Assembly: GCA_041192445.1 (NCBI GenBank)
Contig: JBEEMW010000070.1
Span: 21,365 to 85,364, forward strand
Direction of reading: 5' to 3'
Length of the DNA stretch: 64,000 nt
Source of the DNA: Pseudomonadota bacterium
Lineage (GTDB): Bacteria > Pseudomonadota > Gammaproteobacteria > Burkholderiales > Burkholderiaceae_C
Below are positions 50,547 to 59,496 of this stretch, one piece after another (the first letter of the stretch is position 1; each line of letters begins with the position of its first letter). Under the pieces are notes generated by a model. It was not told the DNA's origin. It was given only the letters and a program-made list of their open reading frames with translations, and ran no database searches. The translations under genes and the position numbers were made by a program.

Positions 50547-51296
50547 CTATAACGATTGAAGATCGATCATCATTTGCCGTGTACGCAAGGTACCGACCCC
50601 ACAATGGTAAGTCAACAGCGTGCGCAACTGGGGTTTGAGCTCGGCCATCACGGCGGCACAGGCACGCAAGGTGGCGGTAAACGGTGCGTCATCGCTCAGG
50701 CTCTGCTGCAGAGTAGTCCACTGGTCTCCGCTCAGGCTGGCACGGTCTCCCACATGGGTCTGGCGCAGGCCACCTTCCGGCACCAGGCTGTAGCGCGCCC
50801 CGCCTTCCAGCTGGGCCAGGGTCATGGTCTGGGCATCCAGCATGGGCAACAGGCCAATCTCGCGCAGCAGCAGCAACTCGAAGGTGCGCAGCGCCGCCTG
50901 CAGGGCCTCGCCATGCCCGGACGCGACCACCTGCACCACGTTGGCATAAATATCAAACAGACGCGGATGCGGGTCATCCCGGGCCAGCAGATGCAGGATC
51001 AACTCGTTGAGGTAATAACCCGACATCAGCGCATCACCCGTGGGCATGACGTGCCCGCCCATCCATTCCGCCCCTTTGAGTGTGCGGATTTCGGCGTCAC
51101 CGCCAAACGACAGGTGCAGGGGCTGCAAGGGCAACAGGATGGGGCGGAAGCTGGAGCTGGGCCGCTTCACGCCCTTGGCCACCAGCGCAATACGGCCGTG
51201 ATGGCGGGTAAAGACATCCAGAATCAGGCTGGACTCGCTCCAGTCATAGCGGTGAAGAACGTAGGCAGGTTCGTCAGATATACGCAGGGCGGCCAT
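50547..51296 (-). CDS. recO: DNA repair protein RecO
   Basis: [37 protein letters not shown], in the rnc-era-recO context. Confidence 0.9.
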   Translation of the reverse strand: MAALRISDEPAYVLHRYDWSESSLILDVFTRHHGRIALVAKGVKRPSSSFRPILLPLQPLHLSFGGDAEIRTLKGAEWMGGHVMPTGDALMSGYYLNELILHLLARDDPHPRLFDIYANVVQVVASGHGEALQAALRTFELLLLREIGLLPMLDAQTMTLAQLEGGARYSLVPEGGLRQTHVGDRASLSGDQWTTLQQSLSDDAPFTATLRACAAVMAELKPQLRTLLTYHCGVGTLRTRQMMIDLQSL

Positions 51297-51424
51297 GGCT
51301 CAACACACCAGCGGCCTTGCCACCCTACCAGCGAACGCCGTAGAACCGGCTCTGCCGGGCTGCTGGCGTTGCCCCCTGCAAGGGGGAAAGCGGCTACGCG
51401 CAGCGAGCAAGCCGGGGGGAGTGC

Positions 51425-52456
51425 TCATTCGTACCCGAATGAGCGAACCCGGGCTTCATCATCCGCCCAACCCGAGCGCACCTTGACCCACATCTCGATG
51501 AACACTTTCGCGTCCAGGAGTTTCTCAAGCTCAACCCGCGTCTCGGTACCAATACGTTTGATGCGTTCGCCCTTGTCACCAATCACCATGGCTTTATGGG
51601 TGTCGCGCTCCACCACGATGGTGGCGGCGATCTTCAGCAGGCGCTTTTGTTTGCCACGTCCGGCCTCTTCCTCGAACTTGTCGATCACCACGGTGGAGGT
51701 GTAGGGCAGCTCGTCGCCTGTCAGGCGAAAGAGTTTTTCGCGCACCGTCTCGCTGGCCAGAAATTTCTCGCTGCGGTCGGTGAGTTCGTCTTCGGCATAA
51801 CGCCAAGCTTGTTCGGGCAGGTATTTTTCGCAAATGCCCAGCAATCGTTCGATATCTTTGGCGTTCTTGGCCGACATCGGCACAAACTCGTTAAAGGCGT
51901 GGCGCTGGTGCATCTCTTGCAACCACGGTGCGATGTCGGCCCGGCGGTTGACCTGGTCAAGCTTGTTGGCCACCAACAGGGTGGGAATGTCTTTGCCCAA
52001 CAGCGCCAGAACCTTGGCATCGGCCTGGTTGAACATGCCTGCTTCGACCACAAACAAAATCAGGTCCACGTCGCCGACAGCACCTTTCACGGTTTTATTC
52101 AAGGCGCGGTTCAAGGCGTTGTTGTGACGGGTCTGAAAGCCTGGTGTGTCGACGAACACAAATTGTGTCGCCCCCAGCGTGTGCATGCCGGTGATGCGGT
52201 GGCGCGTGGTTTGGGCCTTGCGTGAGGTGATGCTGATCTTTTGGCCCACCAGCGCGTTGAGCAAAGTCGATTTGCCAACGTTGGGTTTACCCACGATGGC
52301 AATCAGGCCACAGCGCTGCCCTTCCACGGGCACGCCCGCAGGTGCAGCAACACGCGACTCCCTGAGCAGGCCCTTGAGCATGCCTTCAAGGTCATTTTGG
52401 CCTTCAGCCCCCGTAGCGTCTGCATCAGCAGCTATGGTTTTAGTAGCGTTCATCAT
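51425..52456 (-). CDS. era: GTPase Era (start codon uncertain; the N-terminal ~25 codons are repeat-derived)
   Basis: [21 protein letters not shown] (G1), DTPG, NKLD, and a KH domain at the C-terminus. The alternative ATG at 52381 would give a more canonical length. Confidence 0.9.
   Translation of the reverse strand: MMNATKTIAADADATGAEGQNDLEGMLKGLLRESRVAAPAGVPVEGQRCGLIAIVGKPNVGKSTLLNALVGQKISITSRKAQTTRHRITGMHTLGATQFVFVDTPGFQTRHNNALNRALNKTVKGAVGDVDLILFVVEAGMFNQADAKVLALLGKDIPTLLVANKLDQVNRRADIAPWLQEMHQRHAFNEFVPMSAKNAKDIERLLGICEKYLPEQAWRYAEDELTDRSEKFLASETVREKLFRLTGDELPYTSTVVIDKFEEEAGRGKQKRLLKIAATIVVERDTHKAMVIGDKGERIKRIGTETRVELEKLLDAKVFIEMWVKVRSGWADDEARVRSFGYE
52394..52449 (-). repeat. 55-bp dispersed repeat at the rnc-era junction
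   Basis: The reverse complement acgctactaaaaccatagctgctgatgcagacgctacgggggctgaaggccaaaat matches the 49315 copy at 42/56 ungapped positions. Confidence 0.88.
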
Positions 52457-53136
52457 TTTGCCTTTGCTTTCAGGGTCTGCAACATCGCAGCGGCGGCGGC
52501 CTGTTCACCGGCACGACGTGAACCCCCAATGCCACGCTCGACAAAGTTGAATTCAATAATTTCACATTCCACATCGAAGGTCTGTTTGTGCGCCACACCA
52601 AGCGTGCCGACCACACGGTACAGCGGCAGGGTCATCTTGCGCGCCTGCAACCATTCCTGCAACTCGGTTTTGGGGTCTTTACCGATCGCATCCATTTGCG
52701 GGTTGATTTCGACCGCCTTGAAAAGGCGATGAACCAAACCCTGAGCTGTCAAAAAACCGGCATCCAGATAAACCGCACCAATCACTGCTTCCAGCGCATC
52801 CGCCAAAATGGAGGGGCGCTTCTGCCCTCCCGAGCGCACTTCCCCCTCACCCAGGCGAATCACGTCGGGCAGACCCAGACTGACTGACAACTGGTGCAAG
52901 GTATCCTGCTTGACGAGGTTGGCGCGCACGCGGGAGAGATCGCCTTCTGGCAGATCGCCCAAACGCTGGTACAGCAGATCAGCAACGGCAAGACCTAAAA
53001 CAGAATCACCGAGAAACTCAAGCCGCTCGTTGTGGTCAGCGGAAAAGCTGCGGTGTGTGAGAGCCTGACTCAGGAGGGAGACGTTGGCGAATTCGTGCTG
53101 CAACCGTTGTTGCAGCCCAACCAGCCCATCACTCAC
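52453..53136 (-). CDS. rnc: Ribonuclease III
   Basis: [11 protein letters not shown]...[13 protein letters not shown] (RNase III signature), with a dsRBD at the C-terminus. Confidence 0.96.
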   Translation of the reverse strand: MSDGLVGLQQRLQHEFANVSLLSQALTHRSFSADHNERLEFLGDSVLGLAVADLLYQRLGDLPEGDLSRVRANLVKQDTLHQLSVSLGLPDVIRLGEGEVRSGGQKRPSILADALEAVIGAVYLDAGFLTAQGLVHRLFKAVEINPQMDAIGKDPKTELQEWLQARKMTLPLYRVVGTLGVAHKQTFDVECEIIEFNFVERGIGGSRRAGEQAAAAAMLQTLKAKAK

Positions 53137-53161
53137 GCCCCACAGCCTTTATGTCGACGGG

Positions 53162-53515
53162 TCATTTGGATCGCCCATCGTATTTGAGTGTCAGAAAACC
53201 GGGGCCTGCCAGGTGAATTTCCCGCTGATAGGCGAATTTGACGACGATCTTGTCGCCCTCTTTGGTCACTTCGAGGTCTTTACCCGAGATCGAACTGATA
53301 TTGTCGATTGCCCCGGCCCGGTCAAAAATGGCGCGCACGTCAGCCACGGTGGTTCCGGCGCTCGCTTTGTTGGCGGCTTTCTTGATGGCCTCAAATTCAA
53401 TGTAGGTTGGAACAATTTGCGCCCCGACCACACCACAAACGGCCAAAATGCCGCCCACAAACAACAGGCCCAAAAATGACATGCCGCCTTGCCTGGATTT
53501 GAGTTGAATCTTCAT
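53162..53515 (-). CDS. DUF4845-like small membrane-anchored protein
   Basis: MKIQLKSRQGGMSFLGLLFVGGILAVCGVV N-terminal anchor, conserved lepB-rnc spacer position. The family call is from memory. Confidence 0.6.
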   Translation of the reverse strand: MKIQLKSRQGGMSFLGLLFVGGILAVCGVVGAQIVPTYIEFEAIKKAANKASAGTTVADVRAIFDRAGAIDNISSISGKDLEVTKEGDKIVVKFAYQREIHLAGPGFLTLKYDGRSK

Positions 53516-53543
53516 GTATTTCCCCTTGACCACTGAACCAGTT

Positions 53544-54509
53544 TCAATTGAACGAACCAATGCGTTTGAGGTTGCCAAAATTCATCCAGACAAAAAACGC
53601 CTTGCCGACGATGTTTTTATCGGGAACAAAGCCCCAATAACGCGAATCCAGCGAATTATCGCGGTTATCGCCCATCATGAAATAGTGACCTTCTGGCACC
53701 TTGCAGACAACACCTTCGACGCTGTACTGGCAGTTTTGACGGTTCGGGAATTCTTCAACACCCGGAACAAACGCCGGGCGATCATCGTCATTGAGCAAAC
53801 GATGCGGCTTGTCGCCCAGAGACTCTTCAAACTGCTTGAAGTAACGCATGGCATCGCCATCAAAAAACTCGGGCACGGCGACAGTGCTGACAGCTTTCCC
53901 GTTAATGGTGAGGCGTTTGTTGAGGTATGCGACTTCATCACCCGGTATGCCAACAACCCGTTTGATGTAATCCAGGCTGGGTTTGGGTGGGTAACGGAAC
54001 ACCATCACATCACCACGCTGCGGTTTGCTGCCTTCGGTGATTTTGGCATTGATGACGGGCAAACGAACGCCGTAATGGAATTTGTTCACCAGAATCAGGT
54101 CCCCCACCAGCAAGGTGGGGATCATCGAGCCCGATGGAATCTTGAAGGGCTCAAACAGGAACGAGCGGAGCAGAAAAACAGCAATGATGACGGGGAACAA
54201 ACCGGCTGTCCAATCCAGCCACCAGGGCTGGGCCAGCAGGTGATTTTTGGCCTCCGTCATGTTGTCATCGACCTGGTTGATACCCATTTTGCCCAGGTCC
54301 TCACGGCGCCTGGCGGATTCAACCTCCAGCACCACAGCGGCCTGCTGGCGTTTTGGCAAAAAGTAAAACCGCTCAGCCAGCCAGTACACGCCGGTGACAA
54401 CCGTCGCCATGAACAAAAGCAGGGCAAAGTTGCCCTCAACAACACCAAAATACCAGGCGGCGGCGTATCCGACAAACGCCGAAAGAACAATGGAAGTCAG
54501 GAACTGCAT
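53544..54509 (-). CDS. lepB: Signal peptidase I
   Basis: IPSGSMIPTLLVGD (catalytic Ser box), GDVMVFRYP, YIKRVVGIPGD (Lys box), GDNRDNSLDSRYWGFV. Confidence 0.96.
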   Translation of the reverse strand: MQFLTSIVLSAFVGYAAAWYFGVVEGNFALLLFMATVVTGVYWLAERFYFLPKRQQAAVVLEVESARRREDLGKMGINQVDDNMTEAKNHLLAQPWWLDWTAGLFPVIIAVFLLRSFLFEPFKIPSGSMIPTLLVGDLILVNKFHYGVRLPVINAKITEGSKPQRGDVMVFRYPPKPSLDYIKRVVGIPGDEVAYLNKRLTINGKAVSTVAVPEFFDGDAMRYFKQFEESLGDKPHRLLNDDDRPAFVPGVEEFPNRQNCQYSVEGVVCKVPEGHYFMMGDNRDNSLDSRYWGFVPDKNIVGKAFFVWMNFGNLKRIGSFN

Positions 54510-56320
54510 CAGCCGTCCACCTGCAAAATGGCCAAAAAGGCTTCTTGGGGAACCTCAACCGAACCAATCTGCTTCATGCGTTTCTTGCCTTCTTTTTGTT
54601 TGTCCAGGAGCTTGCGTTTGCGTGAAATATCACCGCCATAACACTTGGCGATCACGTTCTTGCGCAGCGCCTTGATTGTCTCACGGGCAATGATATTGGC
54701 CCCGATGGCAGCCTGGATGGCCACGTCATACATCTGGCGCGAAATGACCTCGCGCATTTTGGCGACCACAGCTCGCCCACGGAACTGCGATTGCGACCGG
54801 TGCACGATGATCGACAGCGCATCCACCTTGTCACCATTGAGAAGGATGTCGACCTTCACCACGTCGGCAGTACGGTACTCCTTGAACTCGTAATCCATAG
54901 ACGCGTAGCCGCGTGACACCGACTTGAGCTTGTCAAAGAAGTCCAGCACGATTTCGGCCAGCGGAATTTCGTAGGTGAGCATCACCTGGCGACCGTGGTA
55001 CGCCATGTTCATCTGCACGCCACGTTTCTGGTTGGCCAGCGTCATGACCGAGCCCACATACTCCTGCGGCATATAGAGGTGCACCGTGACGATGGGCTCG
55101 CGAATCTCGTCCAGTCGCCCCTGATCGGGCATCTTGGACGGGTTCTCGACCATCTTCACCTCACCGTCAACCCCCACCACCTGATACACCACACTGGGTG
55201 CGGTGGTGATGAGGTCCTGGTCAAATTCGCGCTCCAGGCGCTCCTGCACGATCTCCATGTGCAGCAGCCCCAGAAAACCGCAGCGAAAACCAAATCCCAG
55301 CGCCTGACTCACTTCAGGTTCGTAGTGCAGCGAGGAGTCGTTGAGCTTGAGTTTTTCCAGGCTGTCACGCAAGCCCTCATATTGATTGGCTTCCGTTGGA
55401 TACAAGCCGGCAAACACCTGAGGCTGGATTTCCTTGAAGCCGGGCAACGCTTCAGTGGCAGTGAAGGCTGCGCCGCCGGTACCGGGCTTGATCAGGGTGA
55501 TGGTGTCGCCCACCTTGGCCGCCTGCAATTCGCGGATACCCGCAATGATGTAACCCACCTCACCCGCTTCGAGAGACTGCCGCGCCTCATTGGCAGGTGT
55601 GAACACACCCAGCGAATCGGCGTTGTACATCGCGCCTGACGCCATCATTTTGAACCGCTCGCCTTTGCCCAGACGGCCGTCAACCACACGCACCAGCATG
55701 ACAACACCGACATAGGTGTCAAACCAGCTGTCAACAATCATGGCCCGCAACGGGCCATCGGGGTTACCTTTGGGCGGAGGAATCCGGGCGACGACGGCTT
55801 CGAGAATGTCGTCCACACCCATGCCCGTTTTGGCCGAGCACGGAATCGCGTTCGTCGCGTCGATCCCGATGACATCTTCAATTTCGGATTTCGCGTTCTC
55901 TGGATCTGCATTTGGCAAATCCATCTTGTTGAGCACCGGTACCACTTCCACACCCAACTCAAGGGCGGTGTAGCAATTGGCAACGGTCTGCGCTTCAACA
56001 CCCTGACTTGCATCGACAACCAGCAACGCGCCTTCGCATGCAGACAGCGAGCGGGACACTTCGTAAGAGAAGTCAACGTGTCCAGGTGTGTCGATCAAAT
56101 TGAGGTTGTAAACCTGCCCGTCAAGCGCTTTGTATTTGAGTGCAGCGGTCTGCGCCTTGATGGTTATCCCACGCTCTTTCTCGATGTCCATCGAGTCCAG
56201 AACCTGCGCCTCCATCTCACGATCGGCGAGCCCGCCGCATCGCTGGATCAATCGATCTGCCAATGTTGATTTGCCGTGATCAATGTGCGCAATGATCGAA
56301 AAATTTCTGATGTGATTCAT
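54509..56320 (-). CDS. lepA: Translation elongation factor 4
   Basis: [20 protein letters not shown]...DTPGHVDF...NKMDL, plus the LepA C-terminal domain. ATG at 56320. Its stop overlaps the lepB ATG by 1 nt. Confidence 0.97.
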   Translation of the reverse strand: MNHIRNFSIIAHIDHGKSTLADRLIQRCGGLADREMEAQVLDSMDIEKERGITIKAQTAALKYKALDGQVYNLNLIDTPGHVDFSYEVSRSLSACEGALLVVDASQGVEAQTVANCYTALELGVEVVPVLNKMDLPNADPENAKSEIEDVIGIDATNAIPCSAKTGMGVDDILEAVVARIPPPKGNPDGPLRAMIVDSWFDTYVGVVMLVRVVDGRLGKGERFKMMASGAMYNADSLGVFTPANEARQSLEAGEVGYIIAGIRELQAAKVGDTITLIKPGTGGAAFTATEALPGFKEIQPQVFAGLYPTEANQYEGLRDSLEKLKLNDSSLHYEPEVSQALGFGFRCGFLGLLHMEIVQERLEREFDQDLITTAPSVVYQVVGVDGEVKMVENPSKMPDQGRLDEIREPIVTVHLYMPQEYVGSVMTLANQKRGVQMNMAYHGRQVMLTYEIPLAEIVLDFFDKLKSVSRGYASMDYEFKEYRTADVVKVDILLNGDKVDALSIIVHRSQSQFRGRAVVAKMREVISRQMYDVAIQAAIGANIIARETIKALRKNVIAKCYGGDISRKRKLLDKQKEGKKRMKQIGSVEVPQEAFLAILQVDG

Positions 56321-56360
56321 CAACGAGAACGCTTAAGTGATTGAATTAAAACGAACAGAC

Positions 56361-56394
56361 AAGAAAAAAGGGCGCGTCGTGTTACGACGCGCCC
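56361..56394 (-). terminator. Strong intrinsic terminator about 41 nt upstream of the lepA start codon (same strand)
   Basis: The minus strand reads GGGCGCGTCGT-aac-ACGACGCGCCC followed by TTTTTTCTT: an 11-bp perfect stem at 56370-56380 / 56384-56394. Confidence 0.8.
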
Positions 56395-56510
56395 TGAACC
56401 AACAATCTTTGGCAACTGCGAAGGTTGGAACTTCATTGTAGGGAAAAAGTGGTGGGTGTGCAGTCCCGGAAATCCCGAAACAGGGAAGTTGCGATAGAGC
56501 AACAGGTTTT

Positions 56511-56530
56511 TTATGCACAGGTTATTCACA
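56511..56530 (+). promoter_or_regulatory. Two tandem consensus DnaA-box 9-mers
   Basis: TTATGCACA (56511-56519) and TTATTCACA (56522-56530) both fit TTATNCACA exactly, in direct orientation with a 2-bp spacer. Two inverted 7/9 boxes lie at 56559-56567 and 56570-56578, next to a GATC. Confidence 0.4.
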
Positions 56531-56773
56531 AAAATTAAAAGCGACTACTTGGACAAGTTGTGGGTGATCTGTGGAGCACTGATGAAGTGACTCGATTCAT
56601 CCCATATGGTGGATTCTGGGGTTTTTGTTATGCCCATAAAACCCGATGATTTGCCTCTATTCTAACCAAAATCACAATTTGGATTTTTTTAAGTTAGTGA
56701 TTGCCCACGTCATTTTAAGAAAAATGGCATCTCAAAAAAATAAAAAAAAATGTTTTCAAGCCATTTCAATGGC

Positions 56774-56811
56774 AAAAAAGCCCCAAACCCTGGTCAGGGT
56801 CGGGGGCTTTT
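56774..56811 (-). terminator. Intrinsic terminator immediately after degP (structurally bidirectional)
   Basis: AAAAAAGCCCC-AAACCCTGgtcAGGGTC-GGGGCTTTT: an extended stem flanked by A and T runs, 15 nt after the degP stop. Confidence 0.85.
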
Positions 56812-56825
56812 ACAGACGCGTCCGA

Positions 56826-58310
56826 TCAACGCGCAGGGCGGATTAACGCGTACTGAGCCCACTCGCCACGACGAAAGAGCACGTTCACAGGCTTGCTTTT
56901 GTCAATCTTGGCGACAGCGGTTTCGAATTCTTTCACGTTGACCACTTCCATATTGGCGACAGCGACGATCACATCACCTTCACGCACGCCGGCGCGAAAA
57001 GCGCCTTCGGTTGAGGCCTCAACCTTGACGCCGCCCTTGATCTTGAGCTCTTTTTTCTGGGCGTCAAGGATCTCGCTGACAGTCAGGCCAAGCACTTGCG
57101 CGGCCGGAGAAGCCTTTGGTTTTTCTTCGCGCTCAACTACTTTCTTGACCGGCTTTTCAGGTTCAATCTCGGCAATGGTCACGGTCAGGTCTTTGGCGCT
57201 GCCACGGTGGAACACCGTCAAGCTGCTTTTGGTTCCGGGCTTGGTACTGCCCACCAGGCGCGGCAAGTCACTCGATTTCTCAATCAGCTTGCCGTCAAAT
57301 TTGGTAATGATGTCGCCCGCCTCCACACCGGCCTTCTCGGCGGGAGATCCGGCTTCGACACCGCGAACCAACGCACCCAGCGGCTTGCCCAGACCAATCG
57401 ACTCAGCGACCTCTTTGGTGACCTGGTCAATCTGCACACCGATTCGACCGCGTGAAACACGCCCCGATGCCCGCAGCTGATCGCTCACGCGAACCGCCTC
57501 GTCCATGGGAATGGAGAATGAAATGCCCATGAAACCACCCGAGCGGGAATAGATCTGGCTATTGATGCCCACGACCTCACCCCGCATATTGATCAGGGGA
57601 CCACCCGAATTTCCGGGGTTGATGGCAACGTCCGTCTGGATAAAGGGCAAATAGTCACCCGTATCGCGCTGCTTGGCACTCACGATGCCAGCGGTCACGG
57701 TGTTTTCCAGACCGAAAGGCGAACCAATGGCCATCACCCATTCACCTACCTTGAGGCGGCTCACATCGCCTACTTTCACCGCAGGCAGGCCAGTAGCCTC
57801 AATTTTGACGACAGCAACGTCGCTGCGCTTGTCGGCACCAATAATCCGGGCCTTGAACTCACGTTTGTCGGTCAATGTGACCAGCACCTCATCGGCACCT
57901 TCCACAACGTGCGCATTCGTCATGATGAAACCATCCGATGTCAGCACAAAACCGGAACCCACACCCCGGGGCTGCTGGTCTTCCTCCTGGGGTTGCGCGC
58001 GATTGCCGCGAGGAGCCTGTCGCGGGGTGTTGGGCGAATTAGGTATGGGCACACCAAAACGACGGAAAAACTCAAGCATTTCCTCGTCACCTGGATTGGC
58101 CGCGGCTGGTGTACGGGCCACTACCTTCTCCAGCGTGCGGATATTCACCACCGAGGGGCCAACCAGTTCGACCAAATCGGTGAAGTCGGGCAAGGTTCGG
58201 GTCTGTGCCAAAGCAGGCACAACCGGAACCAGCGTAGCCGTCGTGACCACTGCCAGCACCCCAACCGACACAACAGATCGCAGCTTTTTCCAATCGACTT
58301 GCAACATCAT
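56826..58310 (-). CDS. Periplasmic serine endoprotease DegP/MucD (Do family), two PDZ domains
   Basis: GSGFVLTSDGFIMTNAHVV (His), DVAVVKI (Asp), GNSGGPLINMRGEVVGI (Ser), and two PDZ-like regions. Confidence 0.93.
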   Translation of the reverse strand: MMLQVDWKKLRSVVSVGVLAVVTTATLVPVVPALAQTRTLPDFTDLVELVGPSVVNIRTLEKVVARTPAAANPGDEEMLEFFRRFGVPIPNSPNTPRQAPRGNRAQPQEEDQQPRGVGSGFVLTSDGFIMTNAHVVEGADEVLVTLTDKREFKARIIGADKRSDVAVVKIEATGLPAVKVGDVSRLKVGEWVMAIGSPFGLENTVTAGIVSAKQRDTGDYLPFIQTDVAINPGNSGGPLINMRGEVVGINSQIYSRSGGFMGISFSIPMDEAVRVSDQLRASGRVSRGRIGVQIDQVTKEVAESIGLGKPLGALVRGVEAGSPAEKAGVEAGDIITKFDGKLIEKSSDLPRLVGSTKPGTKSSLTVFHRGSAKDLTVTIAEIEPEKPVKKVVEREEKPKASPAAQVLGLTVSEILDAQKKELKIKGGVKVEASTEGAFRAGVREGDVIVAVANMEVVNVKEFETAVAKIDKSKPVNVLFRRGEWAQYALIRPAR

Positions 58311-58392
58311 CGACCTTTCAATTTAAAAAATTCACTCGGAACTGACGCAACGCAACAGAGCCATGTCACGCTGACACATCACGGATACAACG

Positions 58393-59475
58393 CTAATTGG
58401 GGGGTGTTTTTTTGCGCTCAAGCCCTTGCGCAAAAGCAGTCAGCGTCTGGGCTGGCGCCTCGCCCACCACAGTCACCCACCAGTCACCGACACGCCGGGC
58501 AAAAGTCTGTGTTGCGCCCAGGGTCATGAGACCCTCCTGAAGGTGCCGGTGCGAGTCAAATACCTCAACAAACAGGGAGATTGATGCCAATCCATCAGAA
58601 AAAACCCACTGCATCGTGTTCTTTGGGGTGCTGCCTTCTGACGCCACAGCCGGCCGTTTGTAGCAGCTCATGGCCTTGAATCCGGCCACCGGATTCTTGA
58701 GTACCCAGCCCTGCGCGACCGCAGTCGTCTTCACCAGCTCAGGTTTTTCAACCTTGTAACCATCGGTGTTGCCCATCATCTGGCTGAGCTTGCTCATGCT
58801 GACCGGCGCATCAAGCTGCAGCTCTGAAAAAGCAGACTGCTCGAGCACACGTCCTTCGGTGTCAAGCGTCTGCAGCTTCACCACCAGGCCGCTCTTTTTT
58901 TCGGTCCAGACACGGTAGCCATAGCGAAGTTTGTCTTTGGGCTGCAGCTCAACCACATCCGCATCAAAACCCGCCACACGATCCTGCCCTGAGGGTTGGG
59001 CAGCATAAAACTGGGCAATCGACGAGTCAGTGGATTTCAGCAAGTCAGGAAAAAGCCCCAGCGATTCACGCTGTTCCGCTACCGCCTGCTTGCTGCCCGG
59101 CAAAAACGTGATGACCTGGTCATCGTGCCGGAAGGTTGAGCGTGGCGCACCACTGAGCGATTCCACGCGCTCCATCTGATGCTCACCATCACACACATGC
59201 CAGATCTTCGCACTGGACATGTTGCTGCCGGACGAAACGACAAAGATGCCGATATACGCACGGCGACGGGATGCTTCGTGCATGCGCATCAACCAGTCCG
59301 TCACACCCCGGCCGGCTTGTTGGGCTTCATTTTGGGCGACTACACCAGGGGCACCCCCTGCAACGGGTGCAGGGGTTTGTGCAACCACACAAGAAGCGCC
59401 AGCCAGAGCCACCAGAGACAGCATCACACAACCCCAGCCGCGTGCCCGAGCTTTGACTATTTTCAGAAACTGCAT
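58393..59475 (-). CDS. rseB: Sigma-E regulatory protein RseB/MucB
   Basis: Signal peptide, WLMRMHEASRRRAYIGIFVV...; position after rseA. Confidence 0.85.
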   Translation of the reverse strand: MQFLKIVKARARGWGCVMLSLVALAGASCVVAQTPAPVAGGAPGVVAQNEAQQAGRGVTDWLMRMHEASRRRAYIGIFVVSSGSNMSSAKIWHVCDGEHQMERVESLSGAPRSTFRHDDQVITFLPGSKQAVAEQRESLGLFPDLLKSTDSSIAQFYAAQPSGQDRVAGFDADVVELQPKDKLRYGYRVWTEKKSGLVVKLQTLDTEGRVLEQSAFSELQLDAPVSMSKLSQMMGNTDGYKVEKPELVKTTAVAQGWVLKNPVAGFKAMSCYKRPAVASEGSTPKNTMQWVFSDGLASISLFVEVFDSHRHLQEGLMTLGATQTFARRVGDWWVTVVGEAPAQTLTAFAQGLERKKTPPN

Positions 59476-59496
59476 GACGGGCCTGATCCAGCCGCG

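Noticed and set aside
56400-56770. The AT-rich island with DnaA boxes as the chromosomal replication origin (oriC).
   Set aside because: There are only two strong boxes and two weak ones, with no dnaA/dnaN/gyrB or parAB context. The island sits between two co-directional housekeeping operons. A regulatory or titration site is more plausible, but this cannot be excluded without a whole-genome GC-skew analysis.
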